From the NCBI GenBank assembly GCA_013214205.1, contig JABSPQ010000064.1, positions 6,371 to 70,370 on the forward strand: DNA of 64,000 nt. The letters are read 5' to 3'. The first letter of the stretch is position 1, and each line of letters begins with the position of its first letter. Below the pieces are notes generated by a model. It did no database searches, was not told the DNA's origin, and saw only the letters and a program-made list of their open reading frames with translations. Shown in pieces: positions 44,206 through 52,846 of the stretch. This stretch comes from Flavobacteriales bacterium (GTDB taxonomy: Bacteria > Bacteroidota > Bacteroidia > DT-38). The position numbers and the translations under genes are program-made.

Positions 44206-44213
44206 CAAAATTA
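44206..44213 (-). promoter_or_regulatory. candidate -7 box TAATTTTG for feoAB
   Basis: The plus strand reads CAAAATTA, only 7 nt upstream of the feoAB ATG (44198). Confidence 0.4.
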
Positions 44214-44219
44214 ACACTA

Positions 44220-44242
44220 TTATTTAGAATAATTCTAAATAA
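44220..44242. promoter_or_regulatory. perfect 11-1-11 palindrome, candidate metalloregulator operator
   Basis: TTATTTAGAAT-A-ATTCTAAATAA, verified base by base as its own reverse complement. It lies immediately upstream of the feoAB -7 box. Confidence 0.45.
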
Positions 44243-44275
44243 GGACTGTTTCTTGAATAAAAATGAAGCTTTGAG

Positions 44276-45031
44276 TTACTTGTTGCTGTTTAAAAGAATA
44301 CTTAACCCAACACTGAGAAATTTGTCTCTTGACCCTGAAAATGTTTGAAGCGATAAATCCAAAATCATAGCTGGCAATGGTTGAAAGGTTAATCCTGAAT
44401 TAAATTTATAATACTGATGCTTGTATTTAGCTGATATTACATGGAGTTCAGTAAAAAAGTCAAGATTAAATTCTAGACCATATCCTAAAACAACTGTAAA
44501 CGAACCAGTTTGAGGAATGAAGTTGTATCCGAGAGAAATGTGCTTTGATAGGGTATTAGAAAATGCAAGAACCGCATCGAAGTTATAGTAAATGTTTTTT
44601 TCATCATTAACCGTTTGAAAATCGATGTGATGAGTTGTTAAAATTCCAATTTCAGGAATAATCCCTTTTTCATGAACAAGGTTGAATTTAATCCCATAAG
44701 TAGGATATTGGAGTTTGCTTTTGGCACCAGTAAATACGCTAATTTTAGTATTGAAAGAAGCAAAGTTACTACTAACTCTCAATTCGATCCTTTCAAAAAG
44801 CCCATATCTTAATAGCAAATCAGTACTTGTAGTACTCCAAGCTTCGGATTCGGATCCTGATGTGCCACCAAATCCTGATTCAATTTGCAAGGCTTTTTTA
44901 GGAACTGTACCTGGTCCATACGAATCTGTTGGCCTGTCGGGTAAAATAAGATCCCACGAATTTTCTTGAGAAAACGAGAAAATGGATATACTAAAAAAGA
45001 AAAGGAATGAGGTTGAAAGCTTCATTGTCAA
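44276..45031 (-). CDS. putative small outer-membrane beta-barrel protein
   Basis: 251 aa with signal peptide ...FFFSISIFSFSQ and alternating hydrophobic strand periodicity throughout. Family not identified. Confidence 0.45.
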   Translation of the reverse strand: MTMKLSTSFLFFFSISIFSFSQENSWDLILPDRPTDSYGPGTVPKKALQIESGFGGTSGSESEAWSTTSTDLLLRYGLFERIELRVSSNFASFNTKISVFTGAKSKLQYPTYGIKFNLVHEKGIIPEIGILTTHHIDFQTVNDEKNIYYNFDAVLAFSNTLSKHISLGYNFIPQTGSFTVVLGYGLEFNLDFFTELHVISAKYKHQYYKFNSGLTFQPLPAMILDLSLQTFSGSRDKFLSVGLSILLNSNK

Positions 45032-45061
45032 TGATTTGTTTGTCGGGTAAATATAAAATTT

Positions 45062-45961
45062 TTATCCCTTCTCAATCAATTGAATGATCTCATCTTTTTT
45101 ATTCTGTTCAAACCAATTGATTTCAGCATCCTTTTTGAACCAAGTAATTTGCCGCTTGGCAAAATTTCGGTGATGTTGTTTTATTTTTCCAACAGCATAA
45201 CCTAATTCAGTCTTCTTATCTATGTAATCGAACAGAGGAGCATAGCCAATGGCTTTAAGTGCATTACTGTGCCTATGTGCAAAAATCCCTTCAGCTTCTT
45301 TCAGCATGCCGTCATTCATCATATCATCAACTCGGCTGTTAATTCTTTCGTATAGCGCTTCACGATCCATTTGTAAACCGACTTTAATGATGTTGAAGCT
45401 TCTTTTTTTGCCTTGATTAATTAACAGATCAGAAAAAGGTTTGCCAGTAATAATACAAACTTCAATGGCTCTTATTAATCTAGTAGGATTTTTCAGATCA
45501 ATTGTTTCATAAAGCTTAGGATCAAGTTCTTTTATTTTATCCTGTAAAAACTCAATTCCTTTTTCCTTCCATTCATTCTCCAACTCTTCCCTCAATTCTC
45601 TATCAGGAGTAGGAGTGGGGTCGAAACCTTTACAAACTACATTGATATATAACCCTGACCCGCCACAAAGAATTAAATAATCTTTTTGCTCAAACAATTT
45701 CTCAATTAACTCAATGGCTTCTTCCTCGTAGTCTGAAACCGTGTAGCCATTATGAATTGAATGAGAGCTAATAAAATGATGCGGGATTCTTTTCTGTTGT
45801 TCAGCCGTGGGTTTGGCGGTGCCAATACTGATTTCTTTAAACAGTTGCCTAGAGTCAGATGAAATGATTTCTGCAGAGAAATGTTCGGCTAAATCTAAAC
45901 TTAAATCGGTTTTTCCAATCCCGGTCGGACCTAATAAAACGATAAGCGTCTTTTCAGACAT
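45062..45961 (-). CDS. miaA: tRNA dimethylallyltransferase
   Basis: 299 aa with P-loop GPTGIGKT, SSDSRQ and typical MiaA length. Confidence 0.93.
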   Translation of the reverse strand: MSEKTLIVLLGPTGIGKTDLSLDLAEHFSAEIISSDSRQLFKEISIGTAKPTAEQQKRIPHHFISSHSIHNGYTVSDYEEEAIELIEKLFEQKDYLILCGGSGLYINVVCKGFDPTPTPDRELREELENEWKEKGIEFLQDKIKELDPKLYETIDLKNPTRLIRAIEVCIITGKPFSDLLINQGKKRSFNIIKVGLQMDREALYERINSRVDDMMNDGMLKEAEGIFAHRHSNALKAIGYAPLFDYIDKKTELGYAVGKIKQHHRNFAKRQITWFKKDAEINWFEQNKKDEIIQLIEKG

Positions 45962-45970
45962 GGTTAAATG

Positions 45971-46513
45971 TTATTCGTGAACGCCGTATCTAGCTTCATC
46001 GTCGTCTCCATCTTCAAAATCCGACATAATGTCTGCGATTTCATCAGATACAGAATCTCCAGGTAATGTCTCGTCAGGATCTTTATCACCTTGATTCGGC
46101 GCAGTACCCATTTCTTTTGTACATCTAGGTAAATCGGCATTAGTTTCAAATTCTTCAATTAACTCGATGTAAAAACACCACATTAAAAGAAAATCGAATA
46201 CATAAATCACTTTGGTCGCTGGGCCGTTCATGTATTCGTACAAAAAGCTGTTAGACATCATTGGAGTGGGGAGAGCATCTTCAACCTCTTCTTGACCTTC
46301 GGGTTTTCCCATGTCCATCAAGGTAATTTCTTCTCCTTTTTCCCAATCGTCGTTGCTCATGTAAAACGACGCCATTTCTGTGTTTTCGAACCCAAAAGAT
46401 TCCAATAGTGCTTTGTGTAAATTTTCGAAACTATCTTCTTCCGAAATTTCTATCTCGCGCACCACATCTTCCTGTGTATCTAAAATAACTCTAAATCTAA
46501 AGGCTTTTTTCAT
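45971..46513 (-). CDS. PRiA4b ORF-3-like domain protein with acidic tail
   Basis: 180 aa. The N-terminal FRFRVILD...REIEISEEDSFENLHKALLESFGFENTEMASFY resembles the family NCBI names 'IS1096 element passenger TnpR'. No transposase or inverted repeats are nearby. Confidence 0.45.
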   Translation of the reverse strand: MKKAFRFRVILDTQEDVVREIEISEEDSFENLHKALLESFGFENTEMASFYMSNDDWEKGEEITLMDMGKPEGQEEVEDALPTPMMSNSFLYEYMNGPATKVIYVFDFLLMWCFYIELIEEFETNADLPRCTKEMGTAPNQGDKDPDETLPGDSVSDEIADIMSDFEDGDDDEARYGVHE

Positions 46514-46514
46514 T

Positions 46515-47933
46515 CTACTGAGTTTGTAATTCTAATCCTAATTCGGAAGCCAATGTTACCATATATGCAATTGCTTCATCTCTGTCGTTCGCTATAATTC
46601 CCTCAAATATAGCATCTTTGATTTTATCTTTTATGGTTCCAATCACCTTACCTGGTTTAACATCGAAAGTATCCATAATATCTTTTCCCATCACAGGAGA
46701 TTTCCAGTTCCTAAAGTCGTCCAATTTCTCTACCTGCCTCATTTTGGCTTCAACTTCATCGAGGTTTGTCAAAAAGCGAATAACTTTTTGCTTGTTTTTC
46801 GAAGTAATATCCGATCTACATAGCTTCATTAAATCATCAACATCTTCGCCAACCTCAAATAATAGTCGCCTAACAGCCGAATCGCTTACCAGTTTATTAG
46901 ATAGAGCTATTGGCCTTAAGTGAAGTAGAACCAATTTCGTTACGTACCTCATAGGCTCGTCTAACGGCAATCTAAATCTTTTAAAAATCCCTTTTACCAT
47001 CGTGGATCCTTTATCCTCATGGCCATGGAATGTCCAGCCTTGCTTTTTGTGAAAGCGTTTAGTAGCTGGCTTTGCAATGTCGTGCAAAATTGCTGTCCAT
47101 CTCAACCATAAGTTATCCGATCTTCCAGCTGTATTATCAAGCACTTGAAGCGTATGAATAAAATTGTCTTTGTGGCTTTGACCTTCTTTTATTTCGACAC
47201 CCTTCAGTTTAGTAAACTCCGGAAATATCATGTCTAATAAACCTACTTCATCAAGCAAATAAAACCCAACAGATGGCACAGGCGACAAAATAATCTTGTT
47301 CACTTCATCTGTAATTCTTTCTTGCGATAAAATTTCAATCCGATGTACATTGTCTTTAATTGCCTTTAGAGCCTTCTCTTCAATAGTAAATCCAAGTTGA
47401 GACGCAAATCTAATTGCTCTAAACATTCGTAAAGGATCGTCGGAAAAGGTAACTTCTGGATCGAGGGGAGTTCGTAGTATTTTGTCTTCTAAATCTTGTA
47501 AACCATTAAAAGGATCTACCAATTCGCCAAAGTTATCTTCGTTTAAGCTTATTGCAAGGCAGTTAATTGTAAAATCTCTTCTATTCTGATCATCTTGCAA
47601 AGTGCCATCTTCAACAATAGGATTTCTTGATTCTCTTCTGTAAGATTCTTTTCTGGCTCCAACAAACTCAATACTATCGTCGCCGTACCTAACTAAAGCA
47701 GTTCCGAAGTTTTTGAAAACAGAAACTTTACTTTGATTTATTTTTTTGCCAACTGCTGTTGCCAATTTTATTCCACTGCCTACAGTTACAATATCTATGT
47801 CGTACGACGGTCGATTGAGCAATAAATCACGTACATATCCGCCAATAACGTACGCATCATTCCCAATCTCCTTACTAGTATTAGCAATAAGTTTAAAAAC
47901 CTTCTTGTCTACATGTCCTTTTAATCGATACAT
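46515..47933 (-). CDS. tRNA nucleotidyltransferase (CCA-adding)/poly(A) polymerase family protein with HD domain
   Basis: 472 aa with a Pol-beta head (GGYVRDLLL...DIDIV) and an HD domain (LHDIAKP...HGHEDKG). Confidence 0.8.
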   Translation of the reverse strand: MYRLKGHVDKKVFKLIANTSKEIGNDAYVIGGYVRDLLLNRPSYDIDIVTVGSGIKLATAVGKKINQSKVSVFKNFGTALVRYGDDSIEFVGARKESYRRESRNPIVEDGTLQDDQNRRDFTINCLAISLNEDNFGELVDPFNGLQDLEDKILRTPLDPEVTFSDDPLRMFRAIRFASQLGFTIEEKALKAIKDNVHRIEILSQERITDEVNKIILSPVPSVGFYLLDEVGLLDMIFPEFTKLKGVEIKEGQSHKDNFIHTLQVLDNTAGRSDNLWLRWTAILHDIAKPATKRFHKKQGWTFHGHEDKGSTMVKGIFKRFRLPLDEPMRYVTKLVLLHLRPIALSNKLVSDSAVRRLLFEVGEDVDDLMKLCRSDITSKNKQKVIRFLTNLDEVEAKMRQVEKLDDFRNWKSPVMGKDIMDTFDVKPGKVIGTIKDKIKDAIFEGIIANDRDEAIAYMVTLASELGLELQTQ

Positions 47934-47934
47934 A

Positions 47935-48489
47935 TTAATCTCTAATCACCTCTGCGCTACCATCTTCTCCAACCTTTATGATCATTGAAGGGATTGCTCC
48001 GATTTTTTCGTGCGGCAAATTTACAACATGATCTACGGCAGATAAAATAAATTGATCGATTTTGTTGAAAGAATTAGGAGCAGGTTTTCCACTGATATTA
48101 GCCGATGTGGAGATAATAGGCTTTTTGAATTTTTTAATCAGTTGGTGGCAAAATCCGCTTGAAACTACTCTAATTGCCACACTACCATCTTTTTTCGTTG
48201 CGTTTTGAGCCAAATTATTTGATTTTGGATAAATAATGGAAGTAGGCCGATTTGAATTAGTAATAATGTCTGTAATCGGTTCCGAAATTTCTCCAACAAT
48301 GCTCTTAAGCATTTCAATATCACTTACCAGTATAATGTAGCCGTCTGTAATTCTACTTTTTATCGTGTTTATTTGTTCTATAGAATCGCTGTTATTGGCA
48401 TCGCAACCAAGTCCCCAAAGGGTATCGGCAGGGTAGAGGAGTGTTTTTCCTGAGTTTAAAACGGCTATAGCTTCATCTGTTTCCCGCAT
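47935..48489 (-). CDS. tsaC: L-threonylcarbamoyladenylate synthase (YrdC/TsaC type)
   Basis: 184 aa with LLYPADTLWGLGCD and STSANISG motifs. Confidence 0.85.
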   Translation of the reverse strand: MRETDEAIAVLNSGKTLLYPADTLWGLGCDANNSDSIEQINTIKSRITDGYIILVSDIEMLKSIVGEISEPITDIITNSNRPTSIIYPKSNNLAQNATKKDGSVAIRVVSSGFCHQLIKKFKKPIISTSANISGKPAPNSFNKIDQFILSAVDHVVNLPHEKIGAIPSMIIKVGEDGSAEVIRD

Positions 48490-49613
48490 TCTGAATAGAC
48501 TTTCATTATTTCATTTGCAATCACGTCGTCGTTAAACTTTTGTACGTGCTTAAAACCTTCATCAATCATCCGGTTTTTTAATTCTTGGTCAGAAATTACT
48601 TCCTTAATGGCATTGGCCATTTCTGATACGTTTTGATGATCGACATATTTACTACTGGGGCCACCAGCTTCCGAAAAGCAATTTCCCTTAGTTGTTATCA
48701 CTGGGATTTTGCGGTACATGGCCTCAATAATGGGAATTCCAAAGCCTTCGTAGGTAGAAGGATAAATCATTAATTCGCTGCCAGAATACACTTGTGCCAG
48801 GTCGCTATTGCTAATACCTTCCAATACATGTACTCGGTCTTCAATTTCAGTTTTTTTACATTCGGCGTTAATTAAATCAAAATACTTTGTTTTTCGACCT
48901 ACCAAAACCAAGTGTAAATCGTCGGAACCCACTTCCGACAACGCTTTAACTATATTTAAAGCATTCTTTCGTTCTTCAATTGTACCAACAGTTAATATGT
49001 ATTTATCGGGCAAGTTGAATTTACTTTTAACTGCTTTTAATGCTTCCGCATCACTTTCTTTCCTAAATATAGGATCGCATGGTTGATATACCACACTTAT
49101 TTTATCAGGAGCAACGTCAAGCAGTTCTACTAAATCACGCTTGGTTTGTTCGCTTACAGCAATTATATGACTAGCCATTTTACAACCATATCTAGCCTTT
49201 TTCTCGTAAGTAATGCGATCTATGGGTTTGTAGTACGCTGGTTTGCGTAAATAAATCAAGTCATGAATAGTTATAATCGAATGAATACCAGAACCATATA
49301 TGCCGCCAGGTAACTCATTGCTTAAGCCATGAAACACGTTTATCTTATCGTCTTTTAACTGCGATTTTATTCCAAAACTTCTCCAATAACTTTTCAGGAT
49401 GTTATTTAACAGTCCCTTAGGTTCAACCGATTTTACATTCGGTTTTTCCACTACTTCGGCAAAGTCGCCCGTAGTTTCTGTTATAGACGGAGTATAAAGT
49501 ACATATTCGTGTTCGGAATGATGAACAGAAAGAATTCTTAAAACATTACGACTATAGGATCCTAGGCCTGTTTTGTTATGGAAAGCTCGTTTTGAATCGA
49601 ATCCAATTTTCAC
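48465..49613 (-). CDS. glycosyltransferase family 4 (GT-B)
   Basis: 382 aa with the C-terminal Glycos_transf_1 signature PSTYEGFGIPIIEAM. Confidence 0.8.
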   Translation of the reverse strand: MKIGFDSKRAFHNKTGLGSYSRNVLRILSVHHSEHEYVLYTPSITETTGDFAEVVEKPNVKSVEPKGLLNNILKSYWRSFGIKSQLKDDKINVFHGLSNELPGGIYGSGIHSIITIHDLIYLRKPAYYKPIDRITYEKKARYGCKMASHIIAVSEQTKRDLVELLDVAPDKISVVYQPCDPIFRKESDAEALKAVKSKFNLPDKYILTVGTIEERKNALNIVKALSEVGSDDLHLVLVGRKTKYFDLINAECKKTEIEDRVHVLEGISNSDLAQVYSGSELMIYPSTYEGFGIPIIEAMYRKIPVITTKGNCFSEAGGPSSKYVDHQNVSEMANAIKEVISDQELKNRMIDEGFKHVQKFNDDVIANEIMKVYSECGKQMKL

Positions 49614-49632
49614 TTTAATGTTTGTTTATGCC

Positions 49633-50448
49633 TTATACAGCAACATTGTGCTCTCTTAGTGCATCGTTTAAAGACGTTTTTAAGTCGGTTGAAGCCTTTC
49701 TTTTACCAATTATCAAAGCACAAGGTACTTGATATTCGCCAGCTGGAAACGTTTTGTTGTATCCTCCTGGAATAACAACAGATCTTTCAGGAACTTCTCC
49801 TCTATAAATCACAGGCTCATCACCAGTCACGTCAATAATCTTAGTAGACTGAGTAAGTACAACGTTTGCACCCAATACAGCCTCTTTTTTAACTCTAACG
49901 CCTTCAACAACAATACACCTAGAACCGATAAAGCAACCATCTTCAATAATAACTGGTGCAGCTTGTATAGGCTCTAATACACCACCAATACCAACACCAC
50001 CACTTAAATGAACTCCTTTTCCAATCTGTCCGCAAGAACCTACGGTAGCCCAAGTGTCCACCATAGTACCTTCATCAACATAGGCACCAATATTTACATA
50101 CGAAGGCATTAAAATAACACCTCTGCTTAAGTAAGCACCATATCGTGCAACAGCATGAGGAACAACCCTTACACCAAGTTCCGCGTAATTGCTTTTTAAT
50201 TTCATTTTGTCGTGGAACTCAAGTGGACCCACTTCAATTGTTTCCATCTTCTGAATAGGGAAGTACATAATAACTGCCTTTTTAACCCATTCATTTACTT
50301 GCCAATCGTCGCCAATTGGCTCGGCAACACGTAAAACACCTTTATCTAATTGTTCAATTACGTTTCTTATGCTATCTTGAACACTGGCATCGCTCAACTG
50401 AGACCTATCTTCCCAAGCTGATTCAATAATATTTCTTAAATCTTCCAT
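49633..50448 (-). CDS. dapD: 2,3,4,5-tetrahydropyridine-2,6-dicarboxylate N-succinyltransferase
   Basis: 271 aa with a helical N-domain plus hexapeptide LbH repeats (GAYLSRGVILMPSYVNIGAYVDEGTMVDTWATVGSCGQIG). Confidence 0.9.
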   Translation of the reverse strand: MEDLRNIIESAWEDRSQLSDASVQDSIRNVIEQLDKGVLRVAEPIGDDWQVNEWVKKAVIMYFPIQKMETIEVGPLEFHDKMKLKSNYAELGVRVVPHAVARYGAYLSRGVILMPSYVNIGAYVDEGTMVDTWATVGSCGQIGKGVHLSGGVGIGGVLEPIQAAPVIIEDGCFIGSRCIVVEGVRVKKEAVLGANVVLTQSTKIIDVTGDEPVIYRGEVPERSVVIPGGYNKTFPAGEYQVPCALIIGKRKASTDLKTSLNDALREHNVAV

Positions 50449-50508
50449 CTATATTTTTAAAGGCTGTAAAAGTAATAATAATGGTCTTAGCCTTTTGATG
50501 ATTCTTTG

Positions 50509-50516
50509 TAAATTTG
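50509..50516 (+). promoter_or_regulatory. candidate -7 box TAAATTTG for ruvX
   Basis: Matches TAnnTTTG. It lies inside the 5' end of the ORF-track ruvX model and ends 17 nt before the TTG at 50534. Confidence 0.4.
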
Positions 50517-50533
50517 CAGCAGAAATAAATGAT

Positions 50534-50950
50534 TTGGGAAGGATATTAGCTATTGATTACGGAAGAAAAAGGGTAGGCGTTGCAGTTACCGACACAGAAC
50601 AGCTGATTGCTACTCGATTGGAGACGGTTCATTCTTCGGAAATTATTAATTTTCTAGTAAAATATATTGATAAGGAAGATGTTGATTGCATTGTAGTTGG
50701 AGAGCCTAAAACGCTGAGAAACGAAAAATCGGAATCGGCCAAAATAATAGATCCATTTGTAAAGCATTTAACAAGAAAGTTTCCTGATATTGCAATTGAA
50801 AGAATGGATGAAAGATTTACATCGAAAATGGCGGTTCAAACGCTGATAGACGCTGGTGTAAAGAAGAAAAAAAGAAGAGAGAAAGAATTAGTTGATGGTG
50901 TTAGTGCGACTTTAATATTACAGTCGTACATGCAGCAAAAAGGAATATAA
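50534..50950 (+). CDS. ruvX: Holliday junction resolvase-like nuclease RuvX/YqgF
   Basis: The TTG at 50534 gives (M)GRILAIDYGRKRVGVAVTD, the canonical YqgF N-terminus, and a 138-aa product. The ORF-track start at 50495 would put a promoter-like box inside the coding region. Confidence 0.8.
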   Translation: MGRILAIDYGRKRVGVAVTDTEQLIATRLETVHSSEIINFLVKYIDKEDVDCIVVGEPKTLRNEKSESAKIIDPFVKHLTRKFPDIAIERMDERFTSKMAVQTLIDAGVKKKKRREKELVDGVSATLILQSYMQQKGI

Positions 50951-50961
50951 AATAATACGAG

Positions 50962-51522
50962 TTGATACTACCTATAAGAGCCTACGGCGATCCCATTTTA
51001 AAAAAGAAGTGCAAAAATATCGAGCTGGACTATCCTGGTCTTGAAGAGTTATTGGCAAACATGTATGAAACCATGTACAATGCTAGTGGCGTTGGTCTTG
51101 CGGCGCCTCAAATTGGACAAGAATTAAGAATTTTTATTGTTGATGGTGAAGCTTATGAAAAAGACGAAGCTTGGTTGTCTGATTTTAGAGGAGCCTTTAT
51201 TAATCCAGAAATGATAGTAGAAGAGGGAGAATTGAAGGATTTTAATGAAGGTTGTTTAAGCATTCCCAATATCAACGAAGACATTACACGAAAATCCTTG
51301 ATCACTATAAAATATTACGATGAAAATTTAGATTTAAAGCAAGAAGACTTTCATGGTATTGCTGCAAGAATTATTCAGCACGAATACGACCATATTGAAG
51401 GAAAGCTTTTTACAGACCACCTTAATCCGCTGAAAAGAAGAATGCTAAAAAGAAAACTAGCTCTGATTTCTCAAGGCATTACAGATGTAAAATACAAAAT
51501 GAAATATCCAATTAGACGATAA
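50962..51522 (+). CDS. def: peptide deformylase
   Basis: 186 aa with the three Def motifs GVGLAAPQ, EGCLS and HEYDHIEG. Confidence 0.93.
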   Translation: MILPIRAYGDPILKKKCKNIELDYPGLEELLANMYETMYNASGVGLAAPQIGQELRIFIVDGEAYEKDEAWLSDFRGAFINPEMIVEEGELKDFNEGCLSIPNINEDITRKSLITIKYYDENLDLKQEDFHGIAARIIQHEYDHIEGKLFTDHLNPLKRRMLKRKLALISQGITDVKYKMKYPIRR

Positions 51523-51525
51523 ACG

Positions 51526-52077
51526 ATGAAAACCAACAAAAACTCAATTGCTCTATACCTTTCGTTTGCCTGCATGGCAGTACTTTTTAGCTGCGGTAGC
51601 GGAGAAAAAAAATTGACAGCCGATGAATTTTATGCAAACATGATTGCCACTGAAGATAGTATCTATACTACTAAAACGGTAAAAATGACTCCAGAGAAAG
51701 CCGAGGATTTACTAGCTATGTATGAGGAGTATGTAAACTCTTATATGGATGCCGAGAATGTAGCAAGTGTACTATTTAAGGCTGGTGAGTTGGCAATGAG
51801 TTTAAAAGATTCTGAAAAGGCCCTTGCCAACTTCGAAAGACTTTACAAAGCGCATCCAGGTTTCGACAAAGCGGCCTATGCATTGTTCCTACAAGGTTTT
51901 ATTTACGAAAACTTCTTAATGGAATATGGCAAAGCAGAAGACACTTACAAGAAGTTTATGGATGCTTTCCCTGAACATGAGCTTTATAAAGATGCCAATT
52001 TCTCAATTCAAAACATGGGAAAATCGCCAGAAGAGTTATTGAAAGAATTCGAAGCCAAAGCTCAGGAGGCTAGTTAA
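51526..52077 (+). CDS. TPR-like lipoprotein
   Basis: 183 aa with lipobox LFSCG and helical TPR-like units (ALANFERLYKAHPGFDKAAYALFLQGFIY). Confidence 0.55.
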   Translation: MKTNKNSIALYLSFACMAVLFSCGSGEKKLTADEFYANMIATEDSIYTTKTVKMTPEKAEDLLAMYEEYVNSYMDAENVASVLFKAGELAMSLKDSEKALANFERLYKAHPGFDKAAYALFLQGFIYENFLMEYGKAEDTYKKFMDAFPEHELYKDANFSIQNMGKSPEELLKEFEAKAQEAS

Positions 52078-52846
52078 ATTGCTTCTTTAAAAAAGCTTGC
52101 ATTTCATCAATCGACAGATCTTGGTATAGTTTACCCTTTCTGGCATAAGAAATCTGACCTGTTTGCTCAGAAACAGATATTGCAATGGCATCAGATACTT
52201 CTGCAATACCCAAAGCTGCTCTGTGTCGCATTCCAAGCTCTGCTGGTAAGTCTTCTGTTTTTGAAACAGGCAATACAGCTCTAGCAGCAATTAAACGATT
52301 GTCTTCAATTATTACAGCACCATCGTGCAAAGGGCTATTCTTATAAAAAATAGATTCAATCATTCTCGATGTAAGTTTAGCATCAATTAAATCAATAGCG
52401 CTACTATACAGCTTAAGATCGGTTTCTCGAGATAATATAATTAATGCGCCTGTTTTAGTTTTAGCCATATTTCCCATTGCTTTACACAACGACGCCACAT
52501 CCAGTACAGTTCGTTCCTTTTCTTCTTTCCAAAAAAATACTTTTTTGGTGAGGTATCCTTTTTTAAAAATCCCTGTTGTACCAATCAAAAGTAAAAACCG
52601 CCTAAGTTCTGGTTGAAACACAATTACTAATACCAACACCCCAACACCCATAAAAGTGCCTAAAATATCGCGCAACATTTTCATATTAAGCGTTTCAACC
52701 ACCTTGAAAAGTAAGAAGAAGGAGAGGATGCCAATAAAAATATTGATTGCCGCAGTTCCTTTAACCAAGCGGTAAAGCTGATAGATTAGAATAGCTACCA
52801 ATAAAATATCTATGATGTCGAGAATTCCTAAATCAATAAAACCCAT
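52070..52846 (-). CDS. cdaA: diadenylate cyclase CdaA
   Basis: 258 aa with three N-terminal TM helices and DAC motifs GALIIL, LHDGAVII, GMRHRAALG and SVSEQTG. Confidence 0.88.
   Translation of the reverse strand: MGFIDLGILDIIDILLVAILIYQLYRLVKGTAAINIFIGILSFFLLFKVVETLNMKMLRDILGTFMGVGVLVLVIVFQPELRRFLLLIGTTGIFKKGYLTKKVFFWKEEKERTVLDVASLCKAMGNMAKTKTGALIILSRETDLKLYSSAIDLIDAKLTSRMIESIFYKNSPLHDGAVIIEDNRLIAARAVLPVSKTEDLPAELGMRHRAALGIAEVSDAIAISVSEQTGQISYARKGKLYQDLSIDEMQAFLKKQFN

Noticed and set aside
45971-46513. A gene whose family name ('IS1096 element passenger') suggests a mobile element.
   Set aside because: No transposase, inverted repeats or target duplications are nearby. The gene is wedged 1-9 nt from miaA and the CCA-enzyme gene, so it is a resident chromosomal gene.
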